Positions 27,860-37,859 of a stretch of 39,493 bases of DNA are shown one piece after another. Source of the stretch: Thermodesulfobacteriota bacterium (lineage in GTDB: Bacteria; Desulfobacterota; Desulfobulbia; Desulfobulbales; SURF-16); contig JBFMAY010000013.1 of the NCBI GenBank assembly GCA_040755455.1, positions 1 to 39,493 on the forward strand, written 5' to 3'. The notes under the pieces were generated by a model, which worked only from the letters and a program-made list of their open reading frames with translations, ran no database searches and was not told the DNA's origin. Position 1 is the stretch's first letter. Each line of letters opens with the position of its first letter. A program made the translations under genes and the position numbers.

Positions 27860-29843
27860 GATCCATTCCCCCTTTTCGCCGGCCGGCGACCAGCCCGGGG
27901 CCATCGAGGCCTTGAGCCGGGGAATCGCCCGGGGTGAGCGGGAGCAGGTGCTGCTCGGCGTCACCGGCTCCGGCAAGACCTTCACCATGGCCCATGTCAT
28001 CGCCCGGACCCAGCGTCCGGCCCTGGTGATGGCCCCCAACAAAACCCTGGCAGCCCAGCTCTATGCCGAATTCAAGGACCTCTTTCCGGAAAATGCGGTG
28101 GAGTATTTCGTCAGCTATTACGATTATTATCAGCCCGAGGCCTACATCCCCCAGTCCGACACCTACATTGAAAAGGACTCGTCGATCAATGACGCCATCG
28201 ACAAGATGCGCCACTCGGCCACCCGGTCGCTGCTCACCCGTCGAGACGTTGTGATCGTGGCCAGTGTTTCCTGTATTTACGGACTGGGTTCGCCGGATGA
28301 GTATAAGAATATGCATCTCCTGTTAAAGCAGGGAGAGGACTATCCCCTGCAGGAGATGCAGCGGCGGCTGGTCTACATGCTCTATGAACGCAATGATTTC
28401 TCCTTTCATCGCGGCACCTTCCGCGTGCGCGGCGATGTGGTTGATATCTTCCCGGCCTACGAGGAGGACCATGCCGTGCGGGTGCAGCTTTTCGGCGACA
28501 CCATCGACAGCATCTCCCTGGTTGATCCCCTGCGGGGCCAGGTGCTGGCCACCATGGAGGAGGTGACGGTTTTCCCGGGCAGCCATTTTGTCACCTCCAG
28601 GGAAATCCTGACCCGGGCCATGGCGACCATCAAGGAGGAACTCAAGGACCGTCTGGCCTTTTTTGAGAAAGAGCGCCGCCTGGTGGAGGCCCAGCGGCTG
28701 GAGCAGCGCACCATGTTCGACCTGGAGATGATCAGCGAATTGGGCTACTGCAACGGCATTGAGAATTACAGCCGGCATCTCACCGGCAGAAGTCCCGGCG
28801 AGCCGCCGCCCACCCTGCTTGATTACTTTCCGCCGGATTTCCTCCTTTTTGCCGATGAAAGCCATATCACCATTCCGCAGATCGGCGGCATGTACCGGGG
28901 GGACCGCTCCCGCAAGGAAACCTTGGTGGAGTTCGGCTTCCGGCTGCCCTCCGCCCTGGATAACCGCCCCCTGCAGTTTGATGAGTTTGACCGCCGCATC
29001 AACCAGGCGGTTTATGTCTCGGCCACCCCCGGCAACTTTGAGATCGACCGGGCCCAGGGCCGGGTGGTGGAGCAGATTATCCGGCCCACCGGCCTGCTTG
29101 ACCCGGCCATCGAGGTGCGTCCGGCCGCAAGCCAGGTGGATGATCTGCTGGAGGAGGTGCGGCAGCGGGCGGCCCGGCATGAGGCGGTGCTGGTCACCAC
29201 CCTGACCAAGCGCATGGCGGAGGATCTGACCGATTACTATGAAAAACTGGGGGTGCGGGTGCGCTACCTCCATTCGGACATCAAGACCCTGGAGCGGATT
29301 GAACTGGTGCGCCAGCTGCGCCAGGGGGAATTTGATGTGCTCATCGGCATCAATCTGCTGCGCGAGGGCCTTGATATCCCCGAGGTGTCGCTGGTGGCGG
29401 TGCTGGACGCGGACAAGGAGGGTTTTCTGCGCAGCGAGCGGTCGCTCATCCAGACCTGCGGCCGGGCGGCCAGAAACGTGGAGGGTATGGTCATTCTTTA
29501 CGGGGATACCCTGACCGGTTCCATGCAGCGCACCATTGACGAGACCAACCGCAGGCGGATTCTGCAGCAGGAATATAACAGACGGCACGGCATCACCCCG
29601 GAAACCATCCGCTCATCCATCAAAAATGTGATGGAAACCGTGTATGAGCAGACGGAACGCGCTCCGCTGCTCAGGGCGGCGGAAGAAAAGATGGAATTCC
29701 ACAGTCTGAAGGAGCTGCAGAAGGAGATGAGGAAGTTGGAGAAGGAGATGATGGCCAGGGCCAGGGACCTGGCCTTTGAGGAGGCGGCCGCGCTGCGTGA
29801 CCGGATAAAAATGCTCAGGGAAGCGGAACTGCAATGGCTGTGA
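27843..29843 (+). CDS. uvrB: Excinuclease ABC subunit B
   Basis: [35 protein letters not shown] and C-terminal UVR coil. Start placed at ATG 27843. Confidence 0.98.
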   Translation: MSTDFKIHSPFSPAGDQPGAIEALSRGIARGEREQVLLGVTGSGKTFTMAHVIARTQRPALVMAPNKTLAAQLYAEFKDLFPENAVEYFVSYYDYYQPEAYIPQSDTYIEKDSSINDAIDKMRHSATRSLLTRRDVVIVASVSCIYGLGSPDEYKNMHLLLKQGEDYPLQEMQRRLVYMLYERNDFSFHRGTFRVRGDVVDIFPAYEEDHAVRVQLFGDTIDSISLVDPLRGQVLATMEEVTVFPGSHFVTSREILTRAMATIKEELKDRLAFFEKERRLVEAQRLEQRTMFDLEMISELGYCNGIENYSRHLTGRSPGEPPPTLLDYFPPDFLLFADESHITIPQIGGMYRGDRSRKETLVEFGFRLPSALDNRPLQFDEFDRRINQAVYVSATPGNFEIDRAQGRVVEQIIRPTGLLDPAIEVRPAASQVDDLLEEVRQRAARHEAVLVTTLTKRMAEDLTDYYEKLGVRVRYLHSDIKTLERIELVRQLRQGEFDVLIGINLLREGLDIPEVSLVAVLDADKEGFLRSERSLIQTCGRAARNVEGMVILYGDTLTGSMQRTIDETNRRRILQQEYNRRHGITPETIRSSIKNVMETVYEQTERAPLLRAAEEKMEFHSLKELQKEMRKLEKEMMARARDLAFEEAAALRDRIKMLREAELQWL

Positions 29844-29956
29844 AAAGTGAGAAGTGAGGAGTAGGGGCTGGCCTTGTGCCTGCCCTGTGAGGAGTCAGAG
29901 GTGAGGGGGATGCAATGAGGAGCGAGGGGTCGGGAGACGGCAGTCGGGAGGCAGAG
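29840..29956. repeat. Purine-rich heptamer run (GTGAGGA-like) with an embedded GTAG-type REP-like palindrome
   Basis: GTGAAAA GTGAGAA GTGAGGA, then GTAG-GGGCTGGC-CTTGT-GCCTGCCC (29861-29886), then GTGAGGA GTCAGAG GTGAGGG ... GTCGGGA. Confidence 0.65.
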
Positions 29957-30637
29957 GCCGGCAATGGGCAGGGAGGTCTTTTCTACCGGTTTACCCTGTG
30001 GGCCGTGCCGCTCTTTTTCCGGCTGCTTTCGTTTGCGCTGTTTGCCACCTGCCGGGTGCAGCGGCGCGGCCATGAGCATTTCAGCGGTTTTGCCGGGGCA
30101 GGAACCCCCTTTATCGTTTCCTTTTGGCATTACGGGGTCATTTACATTGTCTATCAGGCCCGGGCAATTCCCTATGTGGCCATGGTCAGCGCCAGCAAGG
30201 ACGGGGAATACGTGTCCCGCATACTGCAGAGCAAGGGTTTTGCCACCGTGCGCGGGTCGCGCAACAAAGGTGCGGTAAGCGCCTTGAAGGGACTGATGAA
30301 GGAGATGGCCCGGGGCAAGACCGCGGTGCTGGTGGCGGATGGCTCCCAGGGACCTGCCCGCCAGGCCCAGGCCGGCACGATTCTGCTGGCCAGCAAGACC
30401 GGGGCGCCCATCGTGCCGGTGGGCTGGGCGGCTGATCGCTACAAAACATTCCGCAGCTGGGACCGCACCGCCATTCCCCTGCCGTTTGCCAGGGTGGTCC
30501 TGTGGTATGGCGAGCCCATCCTGGTGCCCAGGGAGTTGCAGAGCGTGGAGCTGGAGGCGTATCGCCTCAGGCTGGAGCAGGCGCTCAATGAGCTGTATGA
30601 AAAATCATGGCGGGAATTCGGCAGGGAGGAGCATTAA
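29915..30637 (+). CDS. DUF374 / lysophospholipid acyltransferase family protein
   Basis: FWH, SASKDGE, VRGS, DGSQGP, SWDRTAIPLPF. Start uncertain because it lies in the repeats. Confidence 0.88.
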   Translation: MRSEGSGDGSREAEAGNGQGGLFYRFTLWAVPLFFRLLSFALFATCRVQRRGHEHFSGFAGAGTPFIVSFWHYGVIYIVYQARAIPYVAMVSASKDGEYVSRILQSKGFATVRGSRNKGAVSALKGLMKEMARGKTAVLVADGSQGPARQAQAGTILLASKTGAPIVPVGWAADRYKTFRSWDRTAIPLPFARVVLWYGEPILVPRELQSVELEAYRLRLEQALNELYEKSWREFGREEH

Positions 30638-30676
30638 AAAAAAGGGATGACCGCGGCAGCCGCCATCATCCCCTTT
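30636..30676 (-). terminator. Rho-independent terminator for adk (possibly bidirectional)
   Basis: GGGATGA/TCATCCC stem with an A8 tract on the left (U-tract on minus) and TTT on the right. Confidence 0.65.
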
Positions 30677-30797
30677 CAGGTGCATGGTTTGAACGGATTT
30701 AGTCTATCAGCAACGGGAAATAACCGGATGAGGCCCGCTGTGACCCTTAGCTTCAACCGTTGGTTGCTAGCAGACTAATCAACCTGAGAAGTTACCA

Positions 30798-31475
30798 TTA
30801 ATCAAGCTGCTTCATGATGGCATCGAGAACTTCCTTGATGCCGGCAGAGCCGTCAACGGAAACAACCTTCGGTCCTTTAATGGTTTTGAAGTAGTTAACC
30901 GCAGCCATGGTACCGGTATTGGTATCATAGTAGATGTTATGGCGTTTGCCGATGGCGACCTCATCCTGGTCGTCGGCGCGGGTGCTCAGTTCGCCGCCGC
31001 AGACACGGCATACGAGCCTGCCGTCTTTCTCCACCGGTTTGATGGCGGCAAAAGCGATGTGGTTGGGGTGGTTGTTGTCGTTGGCGCACAGGCGGCGGCC
31101 CATGATCCTTTCTTTGGCGATCTGACGGTCAAGCATGATTTCAATCACGTAGTTGAGATCAATGCCGGCATCCTTCAGGGCCTTGGCCAGGGTTTCAGCC
31201 TGAACCTTATTGCGGGGAAAGCCGTCAAGCAGCCATCCCTTCTTGCAGTCATCCTCTTGCAGTCTGTTGAGGATCATCGGGATGGTGATATCATCGGGAA
31301 CCAGATCACCTCTGTCGATATACTCTTTCGCTTTTTTACCCAGTTCCGTGCCGCCTTTGATGTTCTTGCGGAAAATGGCGCCTGATTCGATGTGTGGAAT
31401 ATTGTATTTCTCCTGAACCTTGGCGCCCTGGGTTCCCTTACCACTGCCGTTCGGACCAAAAATTAAGATGTTCAT
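30798..31475 (-). CDS. adk: Adenylate kinase with C-X5-H-X19-C-X2-C metal-binding LID
   Basis: GPNGSGKGTQ, GDLVPD, LDGFPR; LID RRLCANDNNH...CRVCGG. Confidence 0.97.
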   Translation of the reverse strand: MNILIFGPNGSGKGTQGAKVQEKYNIPHIESGAIFRKNIKGGTELGKKAKEYIDRGDLVPDDITIPMILNRLQEDDCKKGWLLDGFPRNKVQAETLAKALKDAGIDLNYVIEIMLDRQIAKERIMGRRLCANDNNHPNHIAFAAIKPVEKDGRLVCRVCGGELSTRADDQDEVAIGKRHNIYYDTNTGTMAAVNYFKTIKGPKVVSVDGSAGIKEVLDAIMKQLD

Positions 31476-31682
31476 CCCGTCTCTCCTTGTGCAAAGTTTG
31501 CTGTTGAAATTCCTCTCCTAGAATTGTGGTAACATGTAGTAATTGCGGAGCTTTTACTATAACTGGCAAAGGACTATAGCCCATGTTGAAAAACTATGCC
31601 ATAAAAAAGAAAAGGAGGGTGAATTGTCCGGGATACGGCAGACAAAGGAGGGGCGGAAAGAAGGGAAAACGGCGCGGTGCGG

Positions 31683-31805
31683 CTACTTGTCTCTTTTGCC
31701 GTGCAGAATGCAGAATTCCCGGATAAGTTCTTTGCGGTCAACAAGGGTCAAGCGGAAGTAAAAGGGGCTCAAAATGAGAATTCTGATCGCTTCCTGGCGT
31801 GTCAT
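31683..31805 (-). CDS. Small 40-aa hypothetical protein
   Basis: MTRQEAIRILILSPFYFRLTLVDRKELIREFCILHGKRDK; GGAAGGA RBS; sigma-28 promoter upstream. Confidence 0.6.
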   Translation of the reverse strand: MTRQEAIRILILSPFYFRLTLVDRKELIREFCILHGKRDK

Positions 31806-31861
31806 GGCGGTTCCTTCCCTGAATAAATATGTTTTCTGCCGGTTGATTGTTTCTGATAAAC

Positions 31862-31888
31862 ATATCGGCATTTTTCAGAAAAACTTGA
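31862..31888 (-). promoter_or_regulatory. Sigma-28 (FliA) promoter
   Basis: TCAAGTTT...GCCGATAT with exactly 15 nt between TCAA and GCCG. Confidence 0.72.
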
Positions 31889-32140
31889 GTTGACGATTTT
31901 GACTTTTGCCTGCGTCAACAGCGGGTCGCTTAGCGTGCCCTCTCGGTGGTTTGTCCGGTGGCAGGATCGGCCGGCAGGAAAAATATCCAGTAGGCATGGT
32001 GGAAAATACAGAGTAAAATAAAATCTCCGGCAGATCAGCGGCTCAGGGCCGCTTGTTTTTCATGAAACTGTAATCCGTTCACTGCGCCGGTAATAGGAAC
32101 GCCAAACCCAAAATCCACAACCTTAAACCTCATATTTGTT

Positions 32141-33127
32141 ATGCATAAATCTGTCAGGGCGGTGCTGATGCTCTTGCTTATTCTTGTCTGCGGGGCATGC
32201 GGCTACATGGTGCTGGAGGACAGCACCTTTTTAGACGGTCTGTATATGACCCTCATCACCATCACCACCGTGGGTTACGGCGAGGTTGTTCATCTCAGCC
32301 CCGCTGGCCGCATGTTCACCATGGCCCTCATCATGGTGGGGGTAGGATTCATGATGCTGGTTTTCACCAAGATTACCGAGGCCGTGGTTGAAGGCAGGCT
32401 TCAGGCTGTTTACGGGAGGTTGAATATGAAGAAGAAGGTGGCTGAGTTGAGCGGCCATTACATTGTGTGCGGTTTCGGCCGCATTGGCCAGGTCATCACC
32501 AAGCTGCTCAGTGCGGAAAAAAAACAATTTGTTGTTATCGAAAATGACCCCCAGGTCATCAACAAGCTCAGTGAACTGGGATATCTTTTCCTCGATGGAG
32601 AGGCCTCCAATGATGATATGCTGCTCAAGGCCGGAGTGGATAAGGCCAGCGGCCTCATTGCCGTTGTCTCCTCCGATGCCGATAATGTCTATATCGTCCT
32701 GTCCGCCAGGGGGCTCAATCCTGATCTGTATATCATGGCCCGCTCCAGCGGCGTTGAGGGAGTGGAGATAAAGTTGCTGCGGGCCGGAGCAAACAAGGTT
32801 CTTTCCCCTTATTACATCGGGGCCACCCGCATGGCCCATCATGTGTTGCGACCCACCGTAACCGATTTTATCGATCTGACCGTGTCTGGCGGGGAACTGG
32901 GACTGCGTCTGGAGGAACTCCGGGTTTCCGACAATGGGCAGATGACCAATAAAACCCTGATGGAATCCAATATCCGGCGGGATTTTGACCTGATCGTCGT
33001 TGCCATCAAGCGCAGTCAGGGGGAGATGCAGTTCAACCCCAACCTGGGGACCAGCATCCTGGGCGGGGATACCCTGGTGGTGCTCGGTGAGTATGAGAAA
33101 ATCAAGCAGCTGGAAAAAATAATTTAA
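32141..33127 (+). CDS. Potassium channel (2TM pore + RCK_N/RCK_C)
   Basis: TTVGYG selectivity filter, VCGFGRIG TrkA-N motif and C-terminal TrkA-C domain. Confidence 0.93.
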   Translation: MHKSVRAVLMLLLILVCGACGYMVLEDSTFLDGLYMTLITITTVGYGEVVHLSPAGRMFTMALIMVGVGFMMLVFTKITEAVVEGRLQAVYGRLNMKKKVAELSGHYIVCGFGRIGQVITKLLSAEKKQFVVIENDPQVINKLSELGYLFLDGEASNDDMLLKAGVDKASGLIAVVSSDADNVYIVLSARGLNPDLYIMARSSGVEGVEIKLLRAGANKVLSPYYIGATRMAHHVLRPTVTDFIDLTVSGGELGLRLEELRVSDNGQMTNKTLMESNIRRDFDLIVVAIKRSQGEMQFNPNLGTSILGGDTLVVLGEYEKIKQLEKII

Positions 33128-33243
33128 GCGTTGCGCCGGGTCTGTGCTAAAATGGAAGAGTATGTGCGAATTATAATTATTTCCGCATGTTGCGTCCACC
33201 CCCTTCGCCTGTCGGCAATTGTTCTGTCATTTTAAGGAAGGCA

Positions 33244-34683
33244 ATGGAAGATCTTTCGAAAAAGCCGGTTAAAATCTGCAATGACCGTTTCCTGCTGAAG
33301 CTTACCAAGGATAAGCTGAAGGCGGTTCTCCAGCTGGTCAGCGAGAAAGATAGTTTTGACGCTGTTCCCTTTGACGAGATTGTCCAGGAGGTGCGGAATC
33401 ACGGGGTAAGTTTTGGTTTTGTCCAGAAACTTCCGCAGGCCCGGGAGGGGAAAACCATCATCGCCTGCGGTACACCTGCCGTACCGGGTGAAAATGCCAA
33501 GGTAAAACCGGTGGTGAAGCCGGTTATTCTTTCCCGCGTCAAGATGAAAAAGTCGGGCAAAGACCGGGTTGATTTCCGCGAGCTGGGCCATATCGTCAAT
33601 GTGCCCAAGGGGCAGTTGCTGCTGAAGAAGATTCTGGCCACGGCCGGGACACCGGGGAAAAATGTGCTGGGCGAGGAGATCCCCTGCAAACCCGGCAAGG
33701 ATGTTAACATCAAATGCGGGCCTGGTGTGGTTTTAAGCGAAGACGGCATGCAGGTTTCCGCCCTGGTGGATGGCAAGTTCGTCATGGGCGACGGAAAACC
33801 CTCTGTTTATGAGGAACATGTCATCACCGGCAATGTGGACCTGGCGGTGGGCAACATCGCCTTCTGCGGCACCAGGCTTGAGATTAGCGGTGAAGTGCAG
33901 CCGGGTTTCAAGATAAAGTGCAAGGGTGATGTTTTCATCGGCAAAGGGGTGAATAGTGCCCAGGTGCTGGCTGGAGGTTCAGTGCGCATAACCGGCGGCC
34001 TGGTGGGCCAGGGCACGGAAGTACGGGCCAAAGGCGATATCCAGCTTGATTTCTGCGAGAATTTCGGCCTCATCGAAACCAGAGGGGCGTTGCGAGTCGA
34101 AAATTTTGTGGTGCAGGGCAACGTCAAGACCGGCGGCGGCATGACGGTTATGGGCGGCAAGGGTGCGGTCATGGGCGGCAGCTATGTCGTTGGCGGCAGC
34201 ATGCATGTAAAGGACCTGGGATCAGAGGCGGAGGTTGTCACGGAGGTGACCGTGGGGTTGAAGCCCGAGCTGGAAAAACGCAAAAGACAGGTTGAGGCGG
34301 CAAAGGCATACTGGCCCGACAGGATGAACGAGATTCTTAAAAATATCAGCGCCCTCAATGAGATGAAAAAGGCCGAGGGAAAAGACTTCGGCGGCGAGAA
34401 GGCCAATGTGCTGGCTGAACTCAACACCATGATGCCCGAGGTGATGGAGAAAAATAACCAGCTGACCGAAATGCAGATGCAGCTCGATAAGGAGCTTGAG
34501 CAGGCGTCCAGCGAGGCAATCTATGTTTATGGCAGCCTCTATCCCGGCGTGGTCGTAACCATCGGCAAGGCCGTCCGGGTGATTGATAAGCAGGAACAGC
34601 AGGTGGTGGTGGAACTGCAGAAGAGCACCCTGCAGATCCATGTCCGCGCCATGAATCCCGAAGAAAGAGCGGTAGCCGCCTGA
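33244..34683 (+). CDS. FapA/DUF342 family protein
   Basis: G..AVPGEN, VDFRELG..VNV..GQLL, GNVDLAVGNI.F.G and beta-helix repeats with a coiled coil. Start at ATG 33244 (AAGGAAGG RBS). Confidence 0.88.
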   Translation: MEDLSKKPVKICNDRFLLKLTKDKLKAVLQLVSEKDSFDAVPFDEIVQEVRNHGVSFGFVQKLPQAREGKTIIACGTPAVPGENAKVKPVVKPVILSRVKMKKSGKDRVDFRELGHIVNVPKGQLLLKKILATAGTPGKNVLGEEIPCKPGKDVNIKCGPGVVLSEDGMQVSALVDGKFVMGDGKPSVYEEHVITGNVDLAVGNIAFCGTRLEISGEVQPGFKIKCKGDVFIGKGVNSAQVLAGGSVRITGGLVGQGTEVRAKGDIQLDFCENFGLIETRGALRVENFVVQGNVKTGGGMTVMGGKGAVMGGSYVVGGSMHVKDLGSEAEVVTEVTVGLKPELEKRKRQVEAAKAYWPDRMNEILKNISALNEMKKAEGKDFGGEKANVLAELNTMMPEVMEKNNQLTEMQMQLDKELEQASSEAIYVYGSLYPGVVVTIGKAVRVIDKQEQQVVVELQKSTLQIHVRAMNPEERAVAA

Positions 34684-35128
34684 TTACGCCGCGCAGCCGG
34701 TACCCGCCAGATCAAGCCGGCATTATTCCAGATGATCTAATCCATTTTTTTCTTAACCCGCCCGGCTGTATGCCCAGGGCCGGGACTTCCTTTTCCTGCC
34801 TTATTTTCCCAACGTGACCCGCAAGCGGCATGCAACAGCTGAACGCTTATGGTGCTGTTTTTCATGAGAAAACTTCCAGCGTTTGGCAGGGCAAGAAAAA
34901 AATCATCTTGTCACCTTGCCGGCGGGCGTCATTTTTTATCAGGGAATCGAGCTGTTGTCCCTGATCTGTCCAGACGATGGCCTTCCGGTCCATGGGAGAC
35001 GTTGAGAAAAAGGAGACATTTTCGGGAAATTTTATGTTACATTTACGGCGGAAATCTTAATGATCAAGACAGACGTTTTGCTGCGCGCAGTATGGTTGAA
35101 CCGCTGCAGCAGCTGAAAGAGGCCGAAT

Positions 35129-36016
35129 ATGATGATCCGCAAATTGGCTGATGGGGTTGTGGCGTTCGTATTTTTTTTCTGCCTGTTGACCGGCGTAAGC
35201 TCTGCCGAAGTGGTGGCGGACAAGAAGATTGTCATAGCCGTCTCCCCCTGCAGTGATGTGGTGCTCAGCTTTAAAAAGTTCCATCCGCTGGTCGCTTATC
35301 TGCAGGCGGAGACAGGATTTGAAATCGAGCTGGTGTTCCCGCCGGATGCGGCGGAATTTGAAGAGCAGATCAAGAATAAGGCCATCGACTTTGCTCTCCA
35401 GGACCCCAATGTGTACGTGAAATTTGCCTCCCTGTATGACAAAGGGACCCTGCTGAAGGCCCTCACCCCGAAAGGGGGCGAATTTCAGTCCGGGGCGGTC
35501 GTTGCCCGGAAGGACGGCAACATCAGGACCATGAAGGATCTGGTCGGCAAGTCCGTCATGTTCGGTCCCAAGCTTTCGGCCTCCAAATGGGTGGTGGCGA
35601 AAATGCTGTTTGAAGAAAACGGCATCAACATCGACCAGGATTTATCAACGTACGCCAACGGCGGCTGCTGCGAGGATATCGTTTTTAATGTGTTTCTCAA
35701 AGCCTTTGATGCCGGGGTGGTATGCGATCATTTTCTTGAAGAGCATGCCAAAAAACAACGGGAACTTGGAGTCAATGCGCAGGAGCTCCAGGTCATCGCC
35801 ATGACCAGATGGGTGCCGACCAGGGTATTTTCCGCCCGTAAGGACTTGAGCAGTGGGCTTGTCGCCAGCTTCGACAGGGCATTGCTCAAACTCAGCAACA
35901 ATAACCCTGAACATGCCAAGATCCTCTACTCTGCCGAGGTTGGCGGCTTTCAACGGGCAAGGGATGAGGATTATGACGATATGCGGATTCTCATCGGTGA
36001 AAAAAAGGCCAGATAG
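35129..36016 (+). CDS. PhnD-like periplasmic substrate-binding protein, Cys-rich, with no adjacent ABC transporter
   Basis: Signal peptide; F.PL..YL...TG, P.VYV and VVARKD..I.T..DL.GK.V.FG..S pattern; Cys41, Cys180, Cys181, Cys199. Confidence 0.85.
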   Translation: MMIRKLADGVVAFVFFFCLLTGVSSAEVVADKKIVIAVSPCSDVVLSFKKFHPLVAYLQAETGFEIELVFPPDAAEFEEQIKNKAIDFALQDPNVYVKFASLYDKGTLLKALTPKGGEFQSGAVVARKDGNIRTMKDLVGKSVMFGPKLSASKWVVAKMLFEENGINIDQDLSTYANGGCCEDIVFNVFLKAFDAGVVCDHFLEEHAKKQRELGVNAQELQVIAMTRWVPTRVFSARKDLSSGLVASFDRALLKLSNNNPEHAKILYSAEVGGFQRARDEDYDDMRILIGEKKAR

Positions 36017-36055
36017 CAACGCTGCTTCCGGGAAAGGACGAAAAGAGGACCGCGC

Positions 36056-37852
36056 ATGGAACTCCGCCCGCAATGGGTAAAATTTGGTTTACGCACCAAG
36101 CTGACATTGCTGATTGAAAGCCTGGTGGTGATTCTTGTCGTGGTCACCGGCATCATCACCACGATGCGGGAAAAGGAAAGCCTGGAAAGCGAGCTGCGCA
36201 AACGGGGGCTGGCGCTGGCTGCCGACGTGGCCAAGTTCACCACCAGTCCCTTGCTCAGTAACGACCTGCCGACGCTGCGCCGTTTTGTCAACCACTCCAT
36301 GGAGCAGGATTACGTTCGCTATGTCATCCTGCTCGATCCACAGGGCAAGGTGGTGATGCACAGTGATCTGGGTGAAGTCGGGAAAACGTACCGGGACGAC
36401 CCTATGACCGCCGTGGCCATGAAGTCCGGGAGGCATGGCAGTTTTCGCGCAATGCTTCCGCAAAACGGGGAACACTATTACGACATCTACACCCCCATTT
36501 ACGTGGCCGATGTCCGGTTGGGCACGGTCCGCCTGGGATATTCCTACATGGCGGTTGAAAAGGAAATTGCCAGCGCCCGCCAGCAGATTTTCATGATAGG
36601 AGTGGTGACCATCATCATCGGCGGTATTTCCGCCTATCTGCTGGCCGCCTTTATTTCCGCCCCGATCAAACTGATAACCGATGCCACCGGCAAGGTGGCC
36701 GGTGGGGATCTCGGCACCAGGCTGACGATCCGGAGAAATGATGAGATCGGCGCCCTGGCCAACTCCTTTAACGAAATGACGGAGAATCTGCGGAGAACGA
36801 CCATCTCCAGGGATTATGTTGACAACATCATCGGCAGCATGAACGACACCCTGGTCGTGCTTGATTCGGATACCAGGATCAGCAGCGTGAACAAGGCGAC
36901 CTGTGAGCTTCTCGGCTATCAGGAAAATGAACTGGTCGGCAGCGATATGCATAAGATTCTTCCCACGGAAGAAAGGTTTTTCAGTGAATCGGGATTTGTG
37001 CGTGTGCTTGCCGGAGAAAAAATCGTCAACCTGGAAATAGATTATCTGGCAAAGGACAACACCATGGTCCCCATGCTTTTTTCAGCCACGGTGCTGAAAG
37101 ATAAAGCGGGGGAAATAGAGGGAGTTGTCGGCATTGCCCGCGACATCACCGAACGTAGGAAGGCGGAGGAGGCGCTCCGGCAGTCGGAGTGGGAGTTGCG
37201 TCAACTGTCCGCCCAGCTGCTCACCGCCCAGGAAAAAGAACGAAGGCGGCTTTCCGTGGAGCTCCATGATGAACTGGGGCAGTCGCTGATGGTCCTGAAA
37301 CTCAAGGTGCGGGCCATTCAAAGGGCGTGGGGCGGCGCCGGGCAAGGACTGAAAAAAGAATGTGATGATGTGATTGCCTATATCAATGAGGTCACGGAGA
37401 ATGTACGCCGCCTGTCCCGTGACCTGAGCCCTTCCATCCTGGAGGATCTGGGGCTGACCATCGCCGTTCGCCGGCTGGTGGAATCATCCGTCAGCCTGTA
37501 TAATATCACCTGTTCCCTTGATATGACCGAGCTTGACGATCTTTTTTCCCGTGATCAGAAGATTACCGTGTACCGGATTGTCCAGGAGTGTCTTACCAAC
37601 ATCGCAAAGCACTCCCAGGCCAGCCATGTATGGATCACCCTCAGAAGACAGGAGGACAGTTTTTTCTTTGAGGTGAAGGATGACGGCCAGGGCTTTGATG
37701 TGCAGAAAGCCTTTGGCCGGAATCACCCTCAACACGGGTTAGGGCTGTCCGCCATGAACGAACGGGTCCGCATGCTGGGCGGCTCTCTCGAGGTCTTAAG
37801 CAGCAAAGGAAAAGGCACCACAATCAGCTTTAGTATCCCATTAAACGTGTGA
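36056..37852 (+). CDS. Sensor histidine kinase (TM-periplasmic-TM-HAMP-PAS-HisKA_3-HATPase)
   Basis: Two TM helices, HAMP (DEIGALANSFNEM), PAS (VN...CELLGY...DITER), ERRRLSVELHDELGQ, ECLTNIAKHS, DDGQGF, GLGL. Confidence 0.93.
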   Translation: MELRPQWVKFGLRTKLTLLIESLVVILVVVTGIITTMREKESLESELRKRGLALAADVAKFTTSPLLSNDLPTLRRFVNHSMEQDYVRYVILLDPQGKVVMHSDLGEVGKTYRDDPMTAVAMKSGRHGSFRAMLPQNGEHYYDIYTPIYVADVRLGTVRLGYSYMAVEKEIASARQQIFMIGVVTIIIGGISAYLLAAFISAPIKLITDATGKVAGGDLGTRLTIRRNDEIGALANSFNEMTENLRRTTISRDYVDNIIGSMNDTLVVLDSDTRISSVNKATCELLGYQENELVGSDMHKILPTEERFFSESGFVRVLAGEKIVNLEIDYLAKDNTMVPMLFSATVLKDKAGEIEGVVGIARDITERRKAEEALRQSEWELRQLSAQLLTAQEKERRRLSVELHDELGQSLMVLKLKVRAIQRAWGGAGQGLKKECDDVIAYINEVTENVRRLSRDLSPSILEDLGLTIAVRRLVESSVSLYNITCSLDMTELDDLFSRDQKITVYRIVQECLTNIAKHSQASHVWITLRRQEDSFFFEVKDDGQGFDVQKAFGRNHPQHGLGLSAMNERVRMLGGSLEVLSSKGKGTTISFSIPLNV

Positions 37853-37859
37853 GGAAACG

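Noticed and set aside
31915..31965. Minus-strand ACAAACCACCGAGAGGGCACGCTAAGC resembling a c-di-GMP-I (GEMM) riboswitch
   Set aside because: The hairpin is too short, the GACGCAAAGC core is altered, there is no second stem with a tetraloop receptor, and it lies upstream of the sigma-28 promoter.
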